A DNA stretch of 64,000 nucleotides from Leptolyngbyaceae cyanobacterium (GCA_050331235.1 JBHJHA010000021.1:9161-73160); one strand, 5' to 3'; shown: positions 1-11,100, counted from the first letter of the stretch. Numbers and translations: made by a program. The notes: generated by a model not told the origin, from the letters alone.

Positions 1-401
1 ACTTGCCAGCGTTCCGGTTGCCAAGTGCTGGTAATCCAGGTATCGGTGATGCTGTCGTAGATGCAGGCCTCGCCATCGCGGTAATTGAGGCTAAATTGAG
101 AGCCCGTTTGCATGTCGGCACCGGACAAAATAACCTCAGAGTTGGTCATCCGAAACTGACCGAACACTTCGTCAAACCCCATCATGAGACTACCTTCGGG
201 GCTGAGCACGATAGCCTTTAGCGCCTGCAGATTGAAAACAATGTCTGTCTGGTTGGCGTAGTGGTCACCGGCGACCGTCCCAATCAGCCTGTAACCTGAG
301 TCAAACGTGTAAATAAATCGATATTGGCTAGTTCGTAGACACAAAATCATTGATGGAGACTCATTAGAAGACGAATAATCTGGTATGACAGCGACATTCA
401 T
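1..401 (-). CDS. Hypothetical protein, 3' end runs off the window (missing from the ORF track)
   Basis: Manual translation from ATG at 401: MNVAVIPDYSSSNESPSMILCLRTSQYRFIYTFDSGYRLIGTVAGDHY...WITSTWQPERWQ. 133 codons open to the window edge. Alternative start at the internal ATG (MILCLR). Confidence 0.6.
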   Translation of the reverse strand, partial: MNVAVIPDYSSSNESPSMILCLRTSQYRFIYTFDSGYRLIGTVAGDHYANQTDIVFNLQALKAIVLSPEGSLMMGFDEVFGQFRMTNSEVILSGADMQTGSQFSLNYRDGEACIYDSITDTWITSTWQPERWQ

Positions 402-1032
402 TGGTTTAACTCTGTGCAAATTGAGTCACTGCCAAAGGCTTTAATCCGGATCATTGCGTCATGGACAATTGATGGCGAACGTAATTTTTGAGTAATTACG
501 CGGTAGCTCCACACCCGTATTAAGTAAAACTATAGGTTTTGAGGGAGACAGTCCGTGTTTTTTCTGATGCATTTTACAGAGGCTTGAAAAAATACTGTTG
601 AACCTGAAGGAAGTGTGAACACCTCAGTGGTCAAACTGTGCTCAGACCCCTCAACATGTTGGCTGCAGCCTCCATTAATGGCCCTCGCACCGCGATACAC
701 CTGATATCCCTTTACAGGCATCTCATCCTCAATCCTGATTGTCGTTAGGGTTTCCTTATAGAAAGGGCGGTCAACTTTAAGGATGAGGGCGATCGCTATA
801 TTCATGATCAGCGGATTAATGAGCGGGACTCAGAAAACCTACGGATCAGCCTCAAAAATATCTGCTTTAACGTTGAGCGTATGGGCGATCGCCCTCGCAT
901 TCCTGTAATCCACTTCTTTTCCTCGGGGGACAGGCTGAGATTTCCGCGGCGATCCGAACGTTACAGGGCTTAACGCTGACAACGCGTTTGGTCAGGCAAA
1001 ATCAGAGCACTTCCCTTAGTGCGAGGTCGCAT

Positions 1033-2058
1033 ATGTATCGAGTGGTGGTTAAAACGTTTGGTGGTGTGGAACAACTGTCGATTGTTGAGAGTCCCACCCC
1101 TGAGCCAGCCGCTGATGAAGTCTTAGTACGTCTGACCAGCATCGGGATGAATCATGCCGAACTGATGGCCCGACGGGGGGAATATCGTCTAGTCTCGGGG
1201 GCCCCGCCCTTTACGCCGGGCTTAGAAGGGGGCGGCTTTATTGAGGCTGTGGGGGCCGCGGTTGCGAATACTGACAATGCCTCAGCTCGGCGGCAAGTGG
1301 GGCAGCGCGTCATCCTTGGACTGGATGCCCCCGTCAGTCGCGGCCTCGGTCAGGGAACCTATCAATCACACTATGTGGTCAGCGCTGACAAAACCGTGTT
1401 AGCGCCGAAGATGATCGCAGATGAGTTGTTAGGGGCTTTATGGTTGCCGTTTCTCACCGCATGGGGCTGTTTGGTCTGGCGGCAGAATATGCAGCCCGGC
1501 GATCTCGTGTTGATTCCGGCGGCAAGCAGTAGTGTCGCGATCGCGGCGTCTCAAGTGGTGAAATACTACGGTGGCGTAGCCGTCGGCACTACTACCAGTC
1601 CAGCAAAGGTAGCCCAACTGACAGCGATGCCGGAGGCGCAATTTGGTCATTTGCTCGTGACGCGATCCCCTGACTGGTGGCGAGAAGCCAAAAAACTGGC
1701 TGAGGGTCGCGGCTACAACATCATTTTTGATCCCGTTGCTGCAGGAGTGTTTCTCAATCAGGAAATCCGCCTTTTAGCGCAGTATGGCACCCTCTGGATT
1801 TATGGACTGTTGGGAACGCCAGATGTGGTAGATGTCTCTCCCCTGATTCGTAAGATGGGCTCCATTCGAGGCTGGCTGCTGAATGAAATCGTCGCCAACG
1901 GCTCAGAGCAGGGCGCTTACCGCCACGTCTTGGAACAAGTTGCCAACGGAACGTATGCCTTACCCGTGGCTGGCAAGTTCTCCCTGCGGGACGTCCAGCA
2001 GGCTCACGCTGTAATGGAAGCGGGTGAACATATTGGCAAGCTAATTTTGGTACCTTGA
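1033..2058 (+). CDS. MDR-family (zinc-binding dehydrogenase fold) NADPH:quinone oxidoreductase-like protein
   Basis: EVLVRLTSIGMNHAEL, PFTPGLEGGG, VLIPAASSSV nucleotide-binding segment, C-terminal HIGKLILVP. Start placed at ATG 1033. Confidence 0.85.
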   Translation: MYRVVVKTFGGVEQLSIVESPTPEPAADEVLVRLTSIGMNHAELMARRGEYRLVSGAPPFTPGLEGGGFIEAVGAAVANTDNASARRQVGQRVILGLDAPVSRGLGQGTYQSHYVVSADKTVLAPKMIADELLGALWLPFLTAWGCLVWRQNMQPGDLVLIPAASSSVAIAASQVVKYYGGVAVGTTTSPAKVAQLTAMPEAQFGHLLVTRSPDWWREAKKLAEGRGYNIIFDPVAAGVFLNQEIRLLAQYGTLWIYGLLGTPDVVDVSPLIRKMGSIRGWLLNEIVANGSEQGAYRHVLEQVANGTYALPVAGKFSLRDVQQAHAVMEAGEHIGKLILVP

Positions 2059-2238
2059 AGCGATGCTTTGACGCGAAATGAGATGCATCCTATCTAACAC
2101 GGGCGCGGGCAATCTGTGGTTCTGACCGCTCTGACGATAAATCCTTCGCGATTTGGGATATCGCTGGTGAGGCTTTTCCTGGTTGCCCTTCCCCTAGTAG
2201 GATCACAAGTGTTGAGTCAAGGGCCGACAGTTAGCATT

Positions 2239-2739
2239 ATGAAACCTCTATCTATAAACGCGATCATGCGCCGAGTTGGGGTCAGCTTTTTACTGCTGTT
2301 CGCCGTGGTGGTGGTGGGTCTGACGCCTGCTTATGCCGACAGCTATGACCGCCAAAACTTACGGATGTCTGACTTTTCAGAGCGCGATCTACAGGGTGAT
2401 GATTTTACCCGTGCGGACTTGGCCAATGCGGACCTCCATGGAGCTGATCTGCGTGGTGCCCGGTTATTTGACACAACGCTCAGTCAGGCCAATATGACTG
2501 ATGTCAATATGACAGGGGCCACCTTAGACGGGGCTCGCTTCATTCGCACCGACTTAACCAATGCCATCCTAGAAGGGGCCTACGCCTTTGATACAGATTT
2601 TCGCGGTGCCCTGATTGATGGGGCTGACTTTACCGATGTGCTCCTCGATCCCAAGACCAATGCTCAACTCTGAGAAGTTGCCAAAGGAACCAAACCGGTC
2701 ACTGGGCGCGACACTCGCGATACGCTTTACTGCCCTTAG
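2239..2739 (+). CDS. Exported pentapeptide-repeat protein, interrupted near the C-terminus by an in-frame TGA at 2671-2673
   Basis: Signal peptide ending PAYA and A(D/N)LXX repeats. Reading through the TGA gives L*EVAKGTKPVTGRDTRDTLYCP, matching the usual LCxxAxGTNPxTG...C tail of cyanobacterial lumenal pentapeptide proteins. Confidence 0.85.
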
Positions 2740-2839
2740 GCCTCTACCGACAAGCGATAGACCGGAGCACAGGCAATCAGCAGTTTTTTAAAGTCTAGAC
2801 AGGTCATGACGTTGCCCCTGGCGGTTCAGCATACTCGGG

Positions 2840-3223
2840 CTAAGGCCTCAGTGGCGGCAACGTGTCTGGTGCGCTGACCTCAGTTGGCGGCGGATAGTCC
2901 CGACAACTCAAGACACCCTCCTGTTGCGCATCTCGCTGCTGCGGTTCGCTGCCCATTGCGCGCAGCGCGATCCTCGGGGCAAATCCAGGATGGCAACGGA
3001 CCAGCACCTGCTCACCAGCTTGGGTCATGTACAAGACGGGAACGGGGGCACTATGCAAGATTTCAGTCACTAGGACTGGCTGGCTGGGAGCAATCGCCAG
3101 CACAGGCTGCGAGGAAACTAAGGTCATGGAGGCATGACTAGGGGCAAGTCTCCCGATCATCAGAACGATGAGAACAGCGCCGATGATCAGGCCGATCGCG
3201 CGGAGCCGAGGTTGTATTCTCAT
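2840..3223 (-). CDS. Hypothetical exported/membrane-anchored protein
   Basis: ATG at 3223, N-terminal hydrophobic helix, VLVRCHPG...GVLSC cysteine pair. Co-oriented downstream of the methyltransferase. Confidence 0.55.
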   Translation of the reverse strand: MRIQPRLRAIGLIIGAVLIVLMIGRLAPSHASMTLVSSQPVLAIAPSQPVLVTEILHSAPVPVLYMTQAGEQVLVRCHPGFAPRIALRAMGSEPQQRDAQQEGVLSCRDYPPPTEVSAPDTLPPLRP

Positions 3224-3278
3224 GGTCGTACTTCTCGATAAGTCGTGCTTCTCAATAATTGGGGTTAACCAGAGGAGT

Positions 3279-4163
3279 CTAAGCGGTCGGCGCCGGAGCA
3301 TAGCCTCCAGTGTCCATCTGGCTGTCTGCCCGAGTTTGCTCCATGACGGGGGAGACTTGCCCCACGGGCAAAGGCTTTTGTGCTTGACTCAGTTGATTAA
3401 GCCAAAACACGGTCTCAGTTCGCACGGCGTCAAAGCCGGCATAGCCCAACCAGGCATCCACGTTGCCCTGGCTGTAATCGCGAATGAAAGGCTCCTCAAA
3501 CACCGTATTGAGCCAGTCAACTGCTCTCAAGGTTTGCTGATTACCGTCCAAAATCAGGATTTGTCCCCCCGCTCGGAGTAGGCGAAATCCTTCTTGGAGG
3601 ATCATTTTGGCGATCGCCGGGGGCGTTTCGTGCAATAGCAGCGTGGCAGACACGACATCAAATGTTTCTGTATCTAGCCCTGTCGTGCTGGCATCACCGT
3701 GGCGAAACATGATGTCTAAACCGGCCTCTTGGGCTTTCTTGTGGGCAATGACGAGCATCTGGGGCGACAAATCCAAACCGACCACCTCTGCCTCGGGAAA
3801 CCGTCGCTTGAGCATCAAGGTGGTTGTGCCCGTGCCGCAGCCGAGGTCAAGAATGCGCCGGGGGTTCCCCTGAATAGCCTTGACCAAACTTTCTCGAACC
3901 CAGGTCTCTCCGGGCGGCAGCACGTACTGGGTGATGGGGTCATACGTAATTGCCGCATCGATATTCAGGTAGCCGTTGTTGATGCCGTGAAAATTATTGC
4001 TCCGATAGTAATCGGGATAGCCCACTTGGGGGTTAGCGATCACCGCGGTTGCAGTATCCCAGTCAATGCTGTTGCGAAGTTTTAGCAAGGCTTCGCGGTC
4101 AATGAGTTGCCCAAAAACGGGCGCGAGGAACTGTTCAAACAGGCTTTTTGCTGGAGTTGCCAT
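3279..4163 (-). CDS. Class I SAM-dependent methyltransferase
   Basis: ILDLGCGTG motif I, VVGLDLSPQML, FDVVSATLLLHE, LLRAGG. Confidence 0.9.
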   Translation of the reverse strand: MATPAKSLFEQFLAPVFGQLIDREALLKLRNSIDWDTATAVIANPQVGYPDYYRSNNFHGINNGYLNIDAAITYDPITQYVLPPGETWVRESLVKAIQGNPRRILDLGCGTGTTTLMLKRRFPEAEVVGLDLSPQMLVIAHKKAQEAGLDIMFRHGDASTTGLDTETFDVVSATLLLHETPPAIAKMILQEGFRLLRAGGQILILDGNQQTLRAVDWLNTVFEEPFIRDYSQGNVDAWLGYAGFDAVRTETVFWLNQLSQAQKPLPVGQVSPVMEQTRADSQMDTGGYAPAPTA

Positions 4164-4295
4164 TGGCGGATGACTCGTAGGGGATGGGGGCGGGCGATCG
4201 CCTGTCTAAAATTTAGCTGCCACCAAAAAGAATCGCCACTAGCTGGCTAGGCCCCCGTGCCTGGGTAGCCTGCAGCCGCGATCGATCACCCCAAA

Positions 4296-4544
4296 CTAAG
4301 TGGGCACAAGCTCACCAGGCCGTAGCTTCGACCATTTGCCCATTTCTTCAGCGAAGCTTTCACAGCCGACAACATCCCACTCCATCTCAATAATTTCGCC
4401 ATCTTGGCGAATGTTGACGTTAATCGTTGGGTTGATGGCCTCAAAATCAGGCGACTCCGTCAGATGGGGCTGGTGATGTTGCGCCTCAACCGCGTTGTAG
4501 GTGCTGCAGCGATCAACATATTGGCAATTCACACAAATGCACAT
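4296..4544 (-). CDS. ycf34: Ycf34 family small Fe-S protein
   Basis: MCICVNCQYVDRCSTY...MEWDVVGCESF...LRPGELVPT. Confidence 0.93.
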   Translation of the reverse strand: MCICVNCQYVDRCSTYNAVEAQHHQPHLTESPDFEAINPTINVNIRQDGEIIEMEWDVVGCESFAEEMGKWSKLRPGELVPT

Positions 4545-4728
4545 AGATCTTTTCCAGTGAAACAGCCTACTGTGTAACAAGGAAATGCTAAGTTTTTGCT
4601 AATCTAACGCAACTTACTCATCCGCTGCTTTCATCGAGCTCCGCAATGTTGCAAAATGAAAAGCCTTGGTTTCATCGCTGGTGTCTTACCAGCGCGAAAG
4701 CTGCTGTTGTCTACCCTGTCGATTTTAA

Positions 4729-6039
4729 TTGCGCGCTGTTTCTCTCAATCAATTTTCCTTCGCTGCGACTGCTTTGTCCGTGGGCTCTGTTTTATCACCT
4801 CAGACCTGGCCATTTGAACTGTCTCTATTGCCGCAGTCGGCACATCTAGTAGGCGGCAGCGTGCGCGATGCCTTATTGGGGCGCAAGGCCGATTATTTAG
4901 ATCTTGATTTTGTGGTGCCGGGCAACGCGATTGAAACGGCCAAAATCATTGCCCATCAATATGCTGCGGGCTTTGTGGTATTAGACCCTAGGAACCAAAT
5001 TGCGCGGGTGGTCTTTGACCATGCCACGGTGGATTTTGCCCAGCAAGTGGGAGACAGCTTGGAGTCTGATCTGCATCGGCGTGATTTTACGGTCAACGCG
5101 ATCGCCTATCATCCCCACACCGAGCAGATTTTTGATCCGCTTGGGGGCTGTGCTGATCTCGAGCAGCGCCGCTTACGGATGATTGCCGCTGATAATTTAG
5201 CCGACGATCCGCTGCGGCTTTTGCGGGCCTATCGGCAGGCAGCTCAGCTCGACTTTCGCCTAGATGAGCCGACGCGCTCAACGATCTATCAGCTGGCACC
5301 GCTGCTGGGCAAAGTGGCGGCCGAGCGGGTGCGGGGGGAGCTGGATAGCCTGCTGAGCAAAGCTGCGGGCACTCCCTTGATGAAGTTGGCTTGGACCGAC
5401 GGGGTGCTGCGCAGTTGGCTACCGCATCTGTCGGCACCACAGATTGCCCAATTGGCCGCTGTTGATCAGGCGGCGATGCGGCTGCGCGAATACCATCCAC
5501 AATTTGCCGATTTAACGACGAGCTGGTTAAAGGAGCAAACCCCTCCCGGCTTTCATCGCAGTTGGTTCAAAGCGGCCAAACTCAGCTGCATCCTATCGCC
5601 CAAGGTTGAAAAAGCTGAGACTGAGCTCCTTGGTTTCAAGTACAGCCGGGCCGAGCAGCAAGCCGTATTAGCTATTTTGAAAGGCTTGGAGATTTTACAG
5701 GCGATCGCTCAGGGAGCCGACTCCCGTCGCCAGCAGTATGAGCTGTTCAAAGTTTCAGGGCAGAGCTTCATTGGTCTGGTCTTGGTGGGGTTAGCGACGG
5801 AGGTTGAGTTTGCTACGCTGGTCCCGCTCATTGAGCGATTCTTAGATCCCCATGACCCCGTAGCCCATCCCTGTTCGCTGGTGAGTGGTCGCGACTTAAT
5901 TCAGCAGTTGGCCATGCGGCCAGGCCCTCACATTGGGCAACTGTTGGCTGCGGCTGAACTAGCCCACGCGGAGGGACATGTTGTCACTCACCAAGAAGCG
6001 CTCGAGTGGATTCGCCGGGAGGCCAACCAACTGCCCTGA
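4729..6039 (+). CDS. tRNA nucleotidyltransferase / poly(A) polymerase family, likely the short CC-adding type; start uncertain (GTG 4780 possible)
   Basis: LVGGSVRDALLG, DLDF, DLHRRDFTVNAIA, DDPLRLLRAYR, ERVRGEL. Confidence 0.9.
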   Translation: MRAVSLNQFSFAATALSVGSVLSPQTWPFELSLLPQSAHLVGGSVRDALLGRKADYLDLDFVVPGNAIETAKIIAHQYAAGFVVLDPRNQIARVVFDHATVDFAQQVGDSLESDLHRRDFTVNAIAYHPHTEQIFDPLGGCADLEQRRLRMIAADNLADDPLRLLRAYRQAAQLDFRLDEPTRSTIYQLAPLLGKVAAERVRGELDSLLSKAAGTPLMKLAWTDGVLRSWLPHLSAPQIAQLAAVDQAAMRLREYHPQFADLTTSWLKEQTPPGFHRSWFKAAKLSCILSPKVEKAETELLGFKYSRAEQQAVLAILKGLEILQAIAQGADSRRQQYELFKVSGQSFIGLVLVGLATEVEFATLVPLIERFLDPHDPVAHPCSLVSGRDLIQQLAMRPGPHIGQLLAAAELAHAEGHVVTHQEALEWIRREANQLP

Positions 6040-6085
6040 TGGGAGTTGAAAGCGCTAGCGATTATCGCCGGTAGGGTAGGGGCGT

Positions 6086-8467
6086 TTACAGGGGCTCGGG
6101 ATTGCCCACTAGGACAAAAGCCGCCCACGCCAGGGGATCTGGATAAATCGCCCGAGTGTGTAGCATGGCTTGGCGTAGTGCCTGGGCTTTGTTTTTGTCC
6201 TGTTGCAGTTCGGCGTAAAAGGCTTGCATCAAGATGGCTGTGGGTTCGTCGGGCACTGACCAGAGGGACACCACCGTACTTTTGGCACCGGCCGCCAGCA
6301 GCGATCGCGACAGCCCCACAACTCCGTCGCCGGTTACTTCGCCCAAACCCGTATCGCAGGCGCTCAGCACTACGAGCTGGGCCGAGAGCGAAAGGTTAGC
6401 GATTTCTCGGGCCGTGAGGAGACCATCGGCAGTCTCAGACGGGGCAAGGGCGATCGCCCCCGGTATGGGAATGCGATCCTGCGTATCTACATAATCTAGG
6501 AGGCCATGGGTCGCCAGGTGAATCAAGGATGCCTGCTCCATTTCCGCGGTGATTTTAGTCTCGGTGGCGTCGCTGCCGAGAATCGCCTGCGTTTGCAAGA
6601 GGGCCGCAATCTCCTCCGCTTCTACTTCCGCTCCGGGCAACGGGACTTACTCATCCGCTTCGGGCAGGGGGGGCATGGTGGGGTTGCCCACGACGAGGGG
6701 GGCGATCGCTGCAGACGTGGATGGTGTTTCCAGAGTGAGTTCTAACAGCTGAATCGAAGGAGCCGTCACCAGCGTATGGCGTTCGATCAGGGCTCGCCCG
6801 GTGGCATCGGTCAGGGCTGCAAAGGGTAAGTAAAACAGTGACTCATGGGGAATCAACACCACAAGATCATCGGGGTTGTCGGGCAAAACATCAGCAATGG
6901 GCGCGATCAGCTGCTGATAGATTTCCGAGAGCTCAGAATTATTGGCTGCCGGTTTATCCACGGGCCGTACCCCCACACTGCGGGTGCGCCCCAGGGCCCC
7001 TAAGGCTGACCGACTCGCCTGCACCTGCTGGTCTAAATCAATGTCGGTCAAGCCCACTTCTTCAAACCTGACGATGCCCTCCGGGGTAATCACCCAGATA
7101 AACACCCGCGCTGCCCGCCCCCGCTGCTGCCCGTGAATGACAAACTCGTCATCGGGAACGACGGCAAACTCGACCAGCGTGGCATTTGAGGTTTGAGCAA
7201 TCTGCTTAAATTGCTCAAGGCTGGGGGGGGGAAGCTTGGCGCTAGATCCGGCCAACAGTTCCACAAAAGCCCTGGCTCTGCCTAACTCTGATGTTTCCAG
7301 AGCTGCTGCAAAATCGCCTTGGGCCACTTGGATTTGCATCAGCAGGTTGTATGTGTAAATCTGCGTATCGAAGACGTTGACTTTATCGGCATCGGCCAGC
7401 CCTTCCCGCAGCTCTGATAGTAGCGTGATCGACTCTTGGACGGCGGCTTCGGCATCTGTCAGATTGCCCAAACGAAACTGGGTGTTCGCCAGATTGTTCA
7501 GGACGTTAGCTAGCAGCCTCGGTTCTTCTAAAGCGCGGGTGATTTGCAGGCTGGCCCGGTGACTTTGCAAGGCTTCGTCGAGCCGCTCGAGCCCTTCGAG
7601 GGTGACGCCGATATTGGTCAGGGCGCTCGCCTGGAGGGCACGATTGTTGGTTTGACGCGCCAAGGCTAACCCATTACGAAATTGAGCCAAGGCATCATCG
7701 TACTGCTCGAGTTTTTGCAAGGTGCCTCCCAGATTGTTGAGGCCATAGGCGGCGGACCCGAGGTTACCGATCGCATGGGCCAGGTCAATGCCCGCTTCAT
7801 AGGTTTCCACCGCCCGGTCATATTCCCCTTGCAGGCTGTACAGCCCGCCCAGATTCATCAGAGCTGTCGCCTCCTGGGTCAACGCCTCAGCCTCACGGGC
7901 GATCGCCAGACTCGTCTGCTGGGCCGCGATCGCCGAGTCGTAATCGCCCAAGGACTCATAGGTATTGCCCAATAATCCGTGAAGCTGGGCGATCGCGCCG
8001 GAGGCAGCTTGGCCTTGGAGGAGGGCGATCGCTTGCTCATAGGTTGAGATGGCGTCGTTGTATCGACCGTAGGCCTGGTAGGCAATGCCCAAGTTGCCCA
8101 AGGCCTGGGCTTCTAGCCCCCAACTCTCAAAGCGTTGGGCCAGCTCGACACTGGCCTGGGCATAGGCAATCGCCGCTTGGTAGCGTCCCAGGGAAATCGC
8201 CGCCGCCGCCAAAGCATTATTCGTTGTGGCGGCCTGTTGCTGATTACCAGCTGCTTCATACTGTGCCAGCGCTTGCTGCCAGGCGGCGATCGCCCCTTCA
8301 TAGTCATTGGCTTGAAAGGCTGCCATCCCCGCTTGAAAGCTCTCCGCCGCGGTTGGTTGAGCTTGCGCGAGGTGAGCAAGTGCCGCCGCTACCCCAAACC
8401 TTGGGACCAAAGCCGGGAAATGAAATCTGTCCGTAGAAAACGTAGCCGCTAGCAAAAGGTCAAACAT
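6086..8467 (-). CDS. TPR-repeat + CHAT (caspase/HetF-like) protease; one gene split by an in-frame TAA at 6647-6649
   Basis: TPR array (ALGNLGIAY, ALMNLGGLY, GLNNLGG), ELGRARAF, LIPHESLFYLPFAAL, then GNPTMP...E*VPLPGAEVEA in the same frame. Catalytic IHLATHG and LVVLSACDTG, plus SLWSVPD and WAAF. Confidence 0.9.
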
Positions 8468-8499
8468 TGCACAGCGCTGCCAGACAACAACTTACCGTT

Positions 8500-11100
8500 C
8501 TATTCCGCCACACAGTTTGCATTGGTGACTTCAATGTCCTCCTCACAAACTTCCAACACTGCGTCAGTGTCACCCTCAACGTCAGCGGTGCGAGCACTGC
8601 CCCCACGGTCAATGTCGGAAATATTGGCAACGGTTTCGGGGGCCACGGCCGTTTCAGCCGTATCAGAGACAAACACAGGATTTTCCAGTGCTAGGGGGGC
8701 ACCCGGGTTGATATCGCCTGCCTCTGGTGGCGGAGCAACGGTCGCGTCAAGGGTAAAGGCCTGATTTTCAAATCGAGTGACTAATACCCGGTCTGGACGA
8801 ATGTGGAGGATTTCTTTGAACGTGCCGCTTTGCTCGACGGATAGTGCTGTGCCCACATCGGCAAAAAACGCTAAATCTGACTCCCCTAACGTCTCCAGCG
8901 CGTCGATCGCGATATGCACGCCCGGTGTAGCGTCTGGGGCGATCGCCGTGCCCCGTTGCACCGTAATGGGCACTTCGTTAATGCTCAACACTGGTGGATC
9001 ACCACCGCCGATGGCCTCGCCAAACACTTGGTCTTGAATCGCCACAATAATGCTGGGCGTCACCACTTCATCATCGGCTCCGTCACCGTCCTGCTGATTT
9101 GTCCTGACAGGAAAGGTACCCGTCGCTTGGAACTGCCCAGCCGAGTTGACCACCACACCGCCGGCCCCCGCCAAAATGGCCTCGACCACAATGTCTCCAG
9201 AGGTGCTGGTGAGCGTCACGTTGCTGACGTTGCCAGCGCCCAACCCGGTGATGGCATTACTGACAGGAACACCCTCGACAGAAACCGGTGCTCCTAAGGG
9301 CGTGGCTGCCTGTAGCGCGTTCAAGACGCCCGCCGTCACCGTCACCCCAGTCAGACGAATGCTGCCATCCAGACTCTCTGAGATATCGACAGCGGTGCCA
9401 TCCCGTAGCGTCGAGATGGTGCCAATGGTCACGTTTCCCCCTGCCTGAATGACGACATCGCGACCAGGGGCCACGATCGCATCATCCGTCGCCATGGCAA
9501 AATCCCCCCCCGCCTCAAACCGAATCGGGGCGGGGTCACTGGGCACCGTTGCAGGTAGCTCCGTCACCGGATTGTTGGCATTATCCAATAAGGGCAATCG
9601 CGCTTGAAACACCAATTCATTGTCCGCTAAGTCTTCTATGGTGATGCGGTTGCTGGCTCTGAGGGTTACGGCAGTGTCGCCACTCAAGCCTTCTAACTCT
9701 GACTCATAGATTTCAGTCGGTCCCACAGCCGCCAGGGGAATGCCGGGTTCGCTCAATAACGCCGGGAGACCATCGCTGTCATCGCCATCCGCTGCGCCAT
9801 TGCGGATGACAATATCCACAGGGTCAATCAGCAGTTCGCCAGTCTGGCCCTGGGGGGCGGTGGTGACTACTTCGCCTCGAAAGACGAGCGACTCAGCCCC
9901 GGAGACTTCGACAAAGCCCCCATTACCGCTTTGGGCTCCGCCTTGGGCTGAGAGCCTGCCGCCAAATGCGGTAGCGCCATCGGACCAGAGAATGACGGTG
10001 CCGCCATCCCCATTGCCCCAACTATCGGCCGCGATCGCACTCTCAGCATCCATGTAGGTGAGGCTCGACCCCGGCAAGGTTGACTGCCCTTCGCGATCGC
10101 CCCCCACGCGCACCGTTCCTCCCCCGACCGTGCCACTGGCATTGATCTCAGTGCTGAGCAAGCTGACGCGATCACCTACCAGCGTGACCTGACCGCCCAA
10201 TTCACCCCTGGTGTCGAGGGAGCCGCCAGCGATAATTGTGCTCTCTGGCCGCGCCGCGACGGTGGTATCCACCAGCGTGATTGTGCCATCGGCCTGGGGC
10301 ATGATGCCTGTGGCGCTGCCAATATCGCCCCCGGTGAGCAACTCCGGCAGTGACGTCGGGGCAAATGGAAGACCCGCTATATCAGCCCCCGTCTGGGCTG
10401 CAATCTCTAGGCTCAGCACTAAGTTGGACTGGCTGATACGCACTAGCGCGCTATCGGAAACCGCCGCGATCGTAATATCTCCTCCAGGAGCCGTGAGCGT
10501 GCCAGTAGAAATCACCTGGTCGCCTATTAGAGTAATGGACTCACCTGGGGCCACGTTCAGATGTGCGGCATTGACAATAGCTCCAGCACCTTCAGCAAAG
10601 GCAAACCCTGTAGGCATCCCGGCGAACTGACTGAAATCGTCGCCATTTAAAACGTGGAAGATCGCATCATCAAACAGCACGCCGCTAGCGGTCGTGGCCG
10701 CAAATGAACCGGCCAAATCAAGTTGAGCATTGGGACCCAACAAAATACCGGCAGGGTTGATCAAATACAAATCGGCCGGGCTACCGGTCACCTGCAACAG
10801 GCCGTCGATATAAGATGCCTGACCGCCGGCAACGCTCCCCAAAATCGACTGGATCTCGGGCTGTGCTAAAAACGTTGCGGCCTGGGCCTGGGTCAAGCCA
10901 AAGGATTGAAAAGTATGAAACAGCGCTTGCCCATCCGCTGACGTGATTCCCCCGGTAATCTCAAACTGGTTACCCGACTGAGTAACAATAGTTGCATCGG
11001 CATCGGACACAACTGGGCTCGCGATCGCGGTGAGGCTACTCAGCCAATAGAGGCTACTCCCAGTCAGTGCAGTTGCCTGGTAAATCAGTTTCATCTGCAT
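8500..11100 (-). CDS. Filamentous haemagglutinin N-terminal (TPS) domain exoprotein
   Basis: Signal-like N-terminus, LFHTFQSFGL, ASYIDGLLQV, LYLINPAGILLG, Gly-rich beta-helix repeats (GGTVILWSDG, GGFVEVSG), LLIDPVDI. Confidence 0.9.
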   Translation of the reverse strand: MQMKLIYQATALTGSSLYWLSSLTAIASPVVSDADATIVTQSGNQFEITGGITSADGQALFHTFQSFGLTQAQAATFLAQPEIQSILGSVAGGQASYIDGLLQVTGSPADLYLINPAGILLGPNAQLDLAGSFAATTASGVLFDDAIFHVLNGDDFSQFAGMPTGFAFAEGAGAIVNAAHLNVAPGESITLIGDQVISTGTLTAPGGDITIAAVSDSALVRISQSNLVLSLEIAAQTGADIAGLPFAPTSLPELLTGGDIGSATGIMPQADGTITLVDTTVAARPESTIIAGGSLDTRGELGGQVTLVGDRVSLLSTEINASGTVGGGTVRVGGDREGQSTLPGSSLTYMDAESAIAADSWGNGDGGTVILWSDGATAFGGRLSAQGGAQSGNGGFVEVSGAESLVFRGEVVTTAPQGQTGELLIDPVDIVIRNGAADGDDSDGLPALLSEPGIPLAAVGPTEIYESELEGLSGDTAVTLRASNRITIEDLADNELVFQARLPLLDNANNPVTELPATVPSDPAPIRFEAGGDFAMATDDAIVAPGRDVVIQAGGNVTIGTISTLRDGTAVDISESLDGSIRLTGVTVTAGVLNALQAATPLGAPVSVEGVPVSNAITGLGAGNVSNVTLTSTSGDIVVEAILAGAGGVVVNSAGQFQATGTFPVRTNQQDGDGADDEVVTPSIIVAIQDQVFGEAIGGGDPPVLSINEVPITVQRGTAIAPDATPGVHIAIDALETLGESDLAFFADVGTALSVEQSGTFKEILHIRPDRVLVTRFENQAFTLDATVAPPPEAGDINPGAPLALENPVFVSDTAETAVAPETVANISDIDRGGSARTADVEGDTDAVLEVCEEDIEVTNANCVAE

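Noticed and set aside
3..805. ORF-track entries 3..221 (+) and 530..805 (-)
   Set aside because: The first is antisense to the better minus-strand ORF. The second has no recognisable motif and lies in an AT-rich divergent promoter region.
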